From an uncultured virus (IMG/VR IMGVR_UViG_3300042878_001709) (Duplodnaviria > Heunggongvirae > Uroviricota > Caudoviricetes), in the IMG/VR virus record IMGVR_UViG_3300042878_001709, positions 106,590 through 126,589 of that record: a stretch of 20,000 bases of DNA. One strand, given 5' to 3'. Shown here piece after piece: positions 8,683 through 14,899 of this stretch. The stretch's first letter is position 1. Every line of letters starts with the position of its first letter. A program made the translations under genes and the position numbers. Under the pieces are notes generated by a model that was given only the letters and a program-made list of their open reading frames with translations, was not told the origin of the DNA and ran no database searches.

Positions 8683-10439
8683 GTAATATATACCAACATA
8701 ATTTTGACAATTGTTTAAAAATGAGATTAAGTAACAGTGACTACTGGGACTTATTTTTATGTTATGATTGTACAGACGAACAAGATAATGATCAAATATT
8801 AGAGGATTGTATTTTAGTAGACATTGATATTGATAATGATGCGTGTTACTCAGGAAATACTCTTTATAGTTTAACTACTTGGACAGGTGCAACAATCAAT
8901 GGTAGTGGAATCACATTAAATGATATTGGTTTGACGGGTATTGATAATGGTTTTATAATATACGATTGTAATACACCAACCAGTGGGGCAACTTTTTTAT
9001 CATCGTTTACAGGATCATCTTTAACATTAACATCAGCAGATACAAGGTTCTCTATGACTAGAGTTACTGGTTGTACATACGATTACCCAATAGATGTTCT
9101 TACGGACTTAGAGGTAGGTAGATATTCTCAATTATGTGGTGGGTTTTATCAAGGATTCTTTAAATTATCTGATATCACCTATTTCAATGAAATAAGTGAT
9201 AATAAATTTATTTGGCCGTTAGATTGGTTTAGATGTCCTACTATTTGTAGTGGAGACACCGTAACTGATTGTTGTGGTACGGGTGATACAACAGGACAAA
9301 CTTGTACTGTCGATCCGAATAAGGCGTATCAATGTTATTTAGATACAAAACCAATTCCATACAATTATCAAATATTACCTGAAAGATTAGGTGGTTTAGA
9401 TGTCGAATGTTTAGATGGGTGGACGGCAACGTTCTTATTAAATAAAAGTTCCGAATCTTGTGTAGGTAATACACTTAATAATACATACCCTAATAATAAA
9501 GGATTTTTCTTTTATATGGGTACTAGGGCAGAAAATAAGTTTTGGGATTTATTTAGTGGTGAAACTGGGTATACTACCTCATCAGGATATCCTTTACCCC
9601 CACCTGTGATTTCAGAAGAAGTGTTAAATAATAATCCTTTTTTAGTATATCAACCATCAAGTTGTTGTTGTTTTAGTGGTATAACTACAGAAATAACACA
9701 AGAAAAAGATAAAAATGCGGACATTATAGATAACGCATTAGGGTTTAGAATTAAGGATGATGGAAGTATAGGGTTTAGAACTATAATATTGACAGGAGTT
9801 TGTTCGGCAGTTACGGCAACGACAATAGTAGATTGTCATGAACAATGTGGATGTGGGTGTACAGGAACTACTACGGCAACTTCGGTAACCACAAAATATG
9901 TTACAGGAACTAGTATTTATGAATGTTATAGTTCTCCTGGTATTATATCAGAAGATGTGTGGACAAATGTTGCAATAAGGTTTAAACCTTATGAACAATA
10001 TACCCAATGTGAATTAGTGAATAAACCTAGAAGAAAAGGTGTATTAACAGTTTATGTTAATGGATATTTAAAATGGACTTTAGAGGATTTTGATGAGTTT
10101 ATTTTTAGGGAATTAGATGAATATAGAGAAAAACAACAAGGTGTCCCATTTAATTACAGTTTAGGTGGGGGTACTCAAGGATTAATAGAATCTAATACAG
10201 TTAATGGTCCTGATATTAAGGACGAAAACTTAGTACTACAAGAAAATTTTGCTGGTACTTTTGAAGGTGGGATTAGTAAATTTAAATTGTATGGTTGTAG
10301 TTTAGATATTACAACTATAAGAGAAGGATTTAGTAGTTATACACCACCGATACCACCAGATCAAATTCTTATTAATCCGATACTTACTCAGAATGGTGAA
10401 TATATGAGTGTTGGTGGGGATTTTTACTTAATTTTTTAA
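8679..10439 (+). CDS. Cys-rich virion-associated protein with a C-terminal LamG/concanavalin A-like domain
   Basis: ATGA overlap with the fibre gene. WTNVAIRF...LTVYVNGYLK...FEGGISKFKLY..SL is a LamG-like pattern. 27 Cys in 586 aa. Confidence 0.7.
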   Translation: MSNIYQHNFDNCLKMRLSNSDYWDLFLCYDCTDEQDNDQILEDCILVDIDIDNDACYSGNTLYSLTTWTGATINGSGITLNDIGLTGIDNGFIIYDCNTPTSGATFLSSFTGSSLTLTSADTRFSMTRVTGCTYDYPIDVLTDLEVGRYSQLCGGFYQGFFKLSDITYFNEISDNKFIWPLDWFRCPTICSGDTVTDCCGTGDTTGQTCTVDPNKAYQCYLDTKPIPYNYQILPERLGGLDVECLDGWTATFLLNKSSESCVGNTLNNTYPNNKGFFFYMGTRAENKFWDLFSGETGYTTSSGYPLPPPVISEEVLNNNPFLVYQPSSCCCFSGITTEITQEKDKNADIIDNALGFRIKDDGSIGFRTIILTGVCSAVTATTIVDCHEQCGCGCTGTTTATSVTTKYVTGTSIYECYSSPGIISEDVWTNVAIRFKPYEQYTQCELVNKPRRKGVLTVYVNGYLKWTLEDFDEFIFRELDEYREKQQGVPFNYSLGGGTQGLIESNTVNGPDIKDENLVLQENFAGTFEGGISKFKLYGCSLDITTIREGFSSYTPPIPPDQILINPILTQNGEYMSVGGDFYLIF

Positions 10440-10533
10440 TCCACCACAACTAATTAACCCTATTTTAATAGAAGAGAATGAGTATTTAATCATTGGGGTG
10501 AATGAATATTTACAATATAATGGAATATTATAA
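10438..10533 (+). other. +1-frame coding extension of the 8679-10439 gene (second copy of its C-terminal motif)
   Basis: After ATT TTT TAA the +1 frame reads NPPQLINPILIEENEYLIIGVNEYLQYNGIL*, paralleling PPDQILINPILTQNGEYMSVGGDFYLIF just upstream. It has no start codon of its own near its 5' end. Confidence 0.7.
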
Positions 10534-10541
10534 AAATAACG

Positions 10542-10549
10542 ATATTTAT
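10542..10549 (+). promoter_or_regulatory. ATATTTAT motif (putative late promoter)
   Basis: 18 nt upstream of ATG 10568, followed by an A-rich leader. Confidence 0.45.
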
Positions 10550-10567
10550 AAAATAAAATAGAATTTT

Positions 10568-11971
10568 ATGGCACTTACTGGAAAAACAATCGGTCAATTA
10601 ACATATCTATCTGGAGTATCAAATGATACATTATTTCCTGTAGAATTAAATGGCGACACATACCATATTAATTATTCATCCATTACAAAAAATGAAGAGG
10701 TAACTTACTCAGAACTTGTAAATAAGATTACGGGTGAGACATTAACACCAAATAGATTCTATTTGATGACTGATTATCAAACGTGTTATGATCAACCAAA
10801 CTTTGATGCTAATGGTTCGGCAATAACAACGGGTAACTATAAAACAGGAACAACAGAACCAATATTATTGCTAGCAATTTCAACAACAGGATTCTCCCCT
10901 ACAGTTTATTCAACACTATATCCACAAGATAAAATCTCTTATGATATTACTTGGAATGCAACTGAAGTTACAGATAATCCTGCTAAAGGTAGAATTACTG
11001 AAAGAATTGACGAGTTTAATAACAGAACAGATTATGACCATAGACAAGTGGTATTTAAACGATACGAAACATCACTTTCAAGTGGTATTTATACAGTAAT
11101 TAAAGATAATGGGAATCCTTACATTGATGATATTCCAACTTTTGGAACAGGTTGTTATTCTAATAAAATAGGGAACTTTTATACCACCTTAGATTTAAAC
11201 AATACAGGTTTTATTTTATCAAATAATATATTTGATGATGATTGTTGGGACAATACAACAGGGGCAGATTTTTATAATAATACAATCGGTTCAATAGTTT
11301 ATGAAAATAAATTTGGGGATTCATGTCATGATAATGTGATAGAAGGAGATGCTTATAACAATGTGGTAAATAACAACTTTAGTTTAAACACAATAGGTGG
11401 TCAATTTTATAATAATACCATATTCAATGGATTTAGATTAAATGTGATAGGGTCACAATTTGAAGGAAATGAAATTTTAAGTGGATTTAGAGAAAATCAA
11501 ACATCTGCAGGATTTGCTAAAAATAGAATTGGTTATGATTTTAGAAATGTAGGTATAACTATTGGAACAAACTTTTTAGATAATCAAATAGGGAACAATT
11601 TTACTGATAATATTGCTATTGGAGATGACTTCCAAAATAATGTGATAGGTAACAATTTTCAAGAAAATAACATTGGAAATGGATTTTTTTCAAATCAAAT
11701 AGGAAACCAATTTACTAATAATACTTGTTATGGTTCATTCCAATGGAATATTGTTAATACCGAAGTTAATAATGTTTGTTTAAGTACGGGTATGTTATTT
11801 GATATCACAACAGTTAATGTATTTAGAAATAAAAATGGTGATGATAGATTATCGTATTACGATGAATTAGATGTTCTAACAATAGAAACATTAACTGAAG
11901 CTCCTTGTTTAGGCGGATTAAACGCATTAGACATACCAGAAAATGATTTGAATTTCGGATTAATATTATAA
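10568..11971 (+). CDS. Putative tail fibre/spike protein with Asn-rich parallel beta-helix repeats
   Basis: N-terminal KTIGQLT and TYSELV...FYLMTDYQT modules resemble those of phage tail proteins. The C-terminal half has many ~9-aa F..N.IG.. repeats (FYNNTIGS, FLDNQIGNN, FQNNVIGNN, FFSNQIGNQ). Confidence 0.7.
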   Translation: MALTGKTIGQLTYLSGVSNDTLFPVELNGDTYHINYSSITKNEEVTYSELVNKITGETLTPNRFYLMTDYQTCYDQPNFDANGSAITTGNYKTGTTEPILLLAISTTGFSPTVYSTLYPQDKISYDITWNATEVTDNPAKGRITERIDEFNNRTDYDHRQVVFKRYETSLSSGIYTVIKDNGNPYIDDIPTFGTGCYSNKIGNFYTTLDLNNTGFILSNNIFDDDCWDNTTGADFYNNTIGSIVYENKFGDSCHDNVIEGDAYNNVVNNNFSLNTIGGQFYNNTIFNGFRLNVIGSQFEGNEILSGFRENQTSAGFAKNRIGYDFRNVGITIGTNFLDNQIGNNFTDNIAIGDDFQNNVIGNNFQENNIGNGFFSNQIGNQFTNNTCYGSFQWNIVNTEVNNVCLSTGMLFDITTVNVFRNKNGDDRLSYYDELDVLTIETLTEAPCLGGLNALDIPENDLNFGLIL

Positions 11972-11998
11972 ATAAATAAAAAATAAAAAAACAAAAAA

Positions 11999-13069
11999 AT
12001 GATACAAGGAATTAGAATAACAAGCACAAATTTATCAGGACTAACGGCAAACATTACTTTTTTACCAACAACTGGTGGAACCTTTAATTTAGGGTCTGAA
12101 GTAATACCATTTAACAATATTTCGGATTATCCTTACGGAACATACGAATTAGACGTTCCATTATATGATAGAACATATGAAATAGTTGTACCAGCACCAT
12201 TAACAGGTCAGAGTGCATATACTGAAACAGTAAGAACTGTTACCGTTGACGGAGGAGTACAACCATTCTCAGGAGCGGTATTATCTGAAGTATGGGGAAC
12301 ATATACAACAAAGTATATCACAAATGAAGGAATACCATCAACTGATATTATTTTAGCTGAAGGTATTTGTTCTGACGATGTTGACGCATCATACTTACCA
12401 AACAATATTGGTCAATGGCCCAATAGTATTAACTCATTTTTAGGTCCATTTATGTCAGGAGGTTTGGCTGGGTTCCCATTTGTTGGGACAGTTGGATACG
12501 GTGCATTCTCAAGTCACGTTACAAACACTGGAACTTTATTTGTCACAAGTATGCCACACATCGGTGTTACTGAAGATGGTCGTTCAGGTAGAATGTTGAG
12601 AAGGGGTAAAGATGATAGTCTTACAGATAATACCTGTGGTGCGGTTTGGGGGGCAATTAATCAAGTTGTCAATGTATTAACCAATGCCCCAAATATAGAA
12701 AATCCACCATTTGACAATGGTAACTATTCTTTTTGGAAATTAACTGATATTTTATGGCCGCACAAATATGCATTAACAGATTTTACTGGTACTTCTGAAG
12801 AAATATATAATAATCAAATGATTTTGGCGACACAAATAATTAGAGACGCCGCATACGATTATATCATTACAAATTTACCGTCACAAACAGAATCGTTTAC
12901 TGAAAATCCAGTTTACTTTTTAAGTGGTATATTTATTAATTCAGATGTTAATGTGGGTACAACACAATTTGAATCGTATGTTGTAGTCGATAAAGTTATG
13001 AAATATGTATTTGATGATCAGTGGTATGATATAACATCAGATTATAAGTTAGGGTTACCAATTGATTAA
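11999..13069 (+). CDS. LCIB/LCIC-family (theta-class) carbonic anhydrase with a ~70-aa N-terminal extra module
   Basis: Family motifs in the expected order: C124-S-D126-D, F.SGGLAGFPFVG.VGYGAFSSHV, P-H187-IGV..DG..G...R.G, T-C213-GA. The putative Zn ligands (Cys/His/Cys) and the Asp are present. Confidence 0.85.
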   Translation: MIQGIRITSTNLSGLTANITFLPTTGGTFNLGSEVIPFNNISDYPYGTYELDVPLYDRTYEIVVPAPLTGQSAYTETVRTVTVDGGVQPFSGAVLSEVWGTYTTKYITNEGIPSTDIILAEGICSDDVDASYLPNNIGQWPNSINSFLGPFMSGGLAGFPFVGTVGYGAFSSHVTNTGTLFVTSMPHIGVTEDGRSGRMLRRGKDDSLTDNTCGAVWGAINQVVNVLTNAPNIENPPFDNGNYSFWKLTDILWPHKYALTDFTGTSEEIYNNQMILATQIIRDAAYDYIITNLPSQTESFTENPVYFLSGIFINSDVNVGTTQFESYVVVDKVMKYVFDDQWYDITSDYKLGLPID

Positions 13070-13081
13070 ATAAATAAAAAA

Positions 13082-13138
13082 ATGGTAACAAAATACATAG
13101 TAGATAACTTAAAAAAACAAATAATAGATATTTATTAA
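13082..13138 (+). pseudogene. 18-codon relic ORF resembling the N-terminus of the next gene
   Basis: MVTKYIVDNLKKQIIDIY* versus MAKTKYIVNNLLGQKI at 13151; it has its own A-rich leader. Confidence 0.55.
13128..13135 (+). promoter_or_regulatory. ATATTTAT motif (putative late promoter)
   Basis: 15 nt upstream of ATG 13151. Confidence 0.45.
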
Positions 13139-13150
13139 TAAAATAAAATT

Positions 13151-13708
13151 ATGGCAAAAACAAAATATATTGTAAATAATTTATTAGGTCAGAAAATTGG
13201 AGGAGAATCATTAATTCCAATGTATAGTCAATCAATAATTTATACAGGAAATCAAATAAATTGTTTAAATGTTAATAGTGGTATGACCCTAACTGAAGTT
13301 GTTGAATCAATTGGTAACACATTTTGTTCGACACCTCCTATTTATACGTGTGGAGACTTTGTATTAATAACTAATCCAATTGGGGAGTGCCAAAACCCGT
13401 TACAATATCTATTTAATCAGTCAATTTTATCTTGGTGTGAAGAACATCCACCAGTAGTTCCTTGTACAAGTAATGTAAATTCTTTAGATTACTTATTCGA
13501 TCAAGTAATTGAAAATTGGAATAACGAACATCCTCCTGTGGTACCTTGTACAAGTAATGTTAATTCTTTAGATTACTTATTTGATCAAATAATTGAAAAT
13601 TGGAATAACGAACATCCGCCATTAGTTCCTTGCACAAGTAATGTAAATTCTTTAGATTACTTATTCGATCAAGTAATTGAAAGTTGGGAAAACCAACAAT
13701 TAGTTTAA
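13151..13708 (+). CDS. Hypothetical Cys-containing protein with three 28-aa C-terminal repeats, probably virion-associated
   Basis: IIYTG...CL....G.TLTEV....C module followed by EHPPVVPCTSNVNSLDYLFDQVIENWNN x3. Confidence 0.75.
   Translation: MAKTKYIVNNLLGQKIGGESLIPMYSQSIIYTGNQINCLNVNSGMTLTEVVESIGNTFCSTPPIYTCGDFVLITNPIGECQNPLQYLFNQSILSWCEEHPPVVPCTSNVNSLDYLFDQVIENWNNEHPPVVPCTSNVNSLDYLFDQIIENWNNEHPPLVPCTSNVNSLDYLFDQVIESWENQQLV
13442..13690 (+). repeat. 84-bp coding tandem repeat, 3 copies
   Basis: Units start at 13442, 13526 and 13610 (GAACATCC...); differences are mostly at third codon positions. Confidence 0.95.
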
Positions 13709-13733
13709 AATAAAATAAAATAAAAAATGAAAA

Positions 13734-14357
13734 ATGAAAGAACAAATTATGAACACAATAAATGAAATTTTAGACAGAACTCTTGATAAGGGAATATTAC
13801 AGAGTAATAATGAGTTGGACATTTGTTGTCCAGACTGCGTTCAAAATATGAACGATAATAATGTTAGTATATATACAATTTCATCTGTTGAGACATTTTT
13901 AAAATTTTCCGAAGCGATTGGTTTTAACAGAGGGATTACCCCAACTTGTTGTCCACAGATAACTGCATCAGTAGAAACCAGTTTAAAATTTAATGAGGCT
14001 TTTGGGGATTCACCAACAAATCCTGTACCGTCATGTCCAACAAACTTTAATGAATGTATGAACACTCTTAAAAACTCTTTGACAAGTGAAGGTGTTGACC
14101 GAATATTGGATAAAGGAGTTGTTGAGTATGGGTCGTTAAGTGGATTTTCACAAATATGTAGAATTGATGAATTTATTGATTTATCGATAAGTTTAGACCC
14201 TCAATCAGGAACTAAAGAAGAAATAATTGATAGAATTATTGATAAAGGTATTGTTGTTAGTTGTTATGATGACGAAATTGTTATTTCTTCCGTTGAGACT
14301 TGGTTAAAATATGCAGAGGCAAATGGTTTAACTTATACAATGGCAATACCTGCATAA
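13734..14357 (+). CDS. Hypothetical Cys-rich protein with internal repeats
   Basis: 207 aa; DR.(L/I)DKG(I/V) x3 and (S/A)SVET.LK..EA.G x3; CCPDC and CCP motifs. Confidence 0.75.
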   Translation: MKEQIMNTINEILDRTLDKGILQSNNELDICCPDCVQNMNDNNVSIYTISSVETFLKFSEAIGFNRGITPTCCPQITASVETSLKFNEAFGDSPTNPVPSCPTNFNECMNTLKNSLTSEGVDRILDKGVVEYGSLSGFSQICRIDEFIDLSISLDPQSGTKEEIIDRIIDKGIVVSCYDDEIVISSVETWLKYAEANGLTYTMAIPA

Positions 14358-14462
14358 AACACACATCCATAATTATAACGAATCTTCCTACCTTAAAATA
14401 GATTTACACGAATCAGATTAAGTCAAAGAATCGCAAAATATTTTCAAAAAATAAATTAACTA

Positions 14463-14470
14463 ATATTTAT
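14463..14470 (+). promoter_or_regulatory. ATATTTAT motif (putative late promoter, very short leader)
   Basis: 5 nt upstream of ATG 14476. Confidence 0.4.
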
Positions 14471-14475
14471 ATTAT

Positions 14476-14844
14476 ATGGAATTTTTTATCAACAAAAATA
14501 GTACATTACCAAAACTAAAAATGGAATTAGTTAATGATGGTAGAAATGATTTTCGTAAATTTTATGAAAAAATACAAAATGCTACCATAACATTTACTAT
14601 GTACAATGTAGAATCAAAAGTTAAAAAGATTTCATGTTCACCATCATACATAGAAATGTCGGTTGCCAATGATTGCGAAAATAGTGAAACTCCAACATAT
14701 TTTATAACATATAAGTTTACAGAACAACAAACAAATAAGTCTGGAAGATATAATGGGTACTTTACAATTAATTTTCTAGATGGTACAGGTACATTAATCG
14801 CACCTATTAGAGACGAATTATTTATAAATGTTTTAGATAATTGA
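14476..14844 (+). CDS. BppU N-terminal-like baseplate/fibre attachment protein
   Basis: FFINKNSTLPKL...ATITFTM...YKF...T.KSG.Y.GYFTINF.DG....P....I.V fits the BppU_N-like Ig-fold pattern. Confidence 0.6.
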   Translation: MEFFINKNSTLPKLKMELVNDGRNDFRKFYEKIQNATITFTMYNVESKVKKISCSPSYIEMSVANDCENSETPTYFITYKFTEQQTNKSGRYNGYFTINFLDGTGTLIAPIRDELFINVLDN

Positions 14845-14871
14845 TATATTAAAAATAATTTAGTATATTTG
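14841..14871 (+). promoter_or_regulatory. Bacteroidota-type housekeeping sigma promoter (-33/-7) for the DNA polymerase gene
   Basis: TTG (14841-14843), 20-nt spacer, TATATTTG (14864-14871) matches the TTG-N19-21-TAnnTTTG consensus; 28 nt before ATG 14900. Confidence 0.65.
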
Positions 14872-14899
14872 TATTTAAAAAGTTTTTAATAAATAAATT

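Noticed and set aside
13442..13690. Diversity-generating retroelement TR/VR pair or CRISPR array
   Set aside because: Contiguous in-frame tandem copies without spacers; differences are not adenine-specific; no reverse transcriptase in the window.
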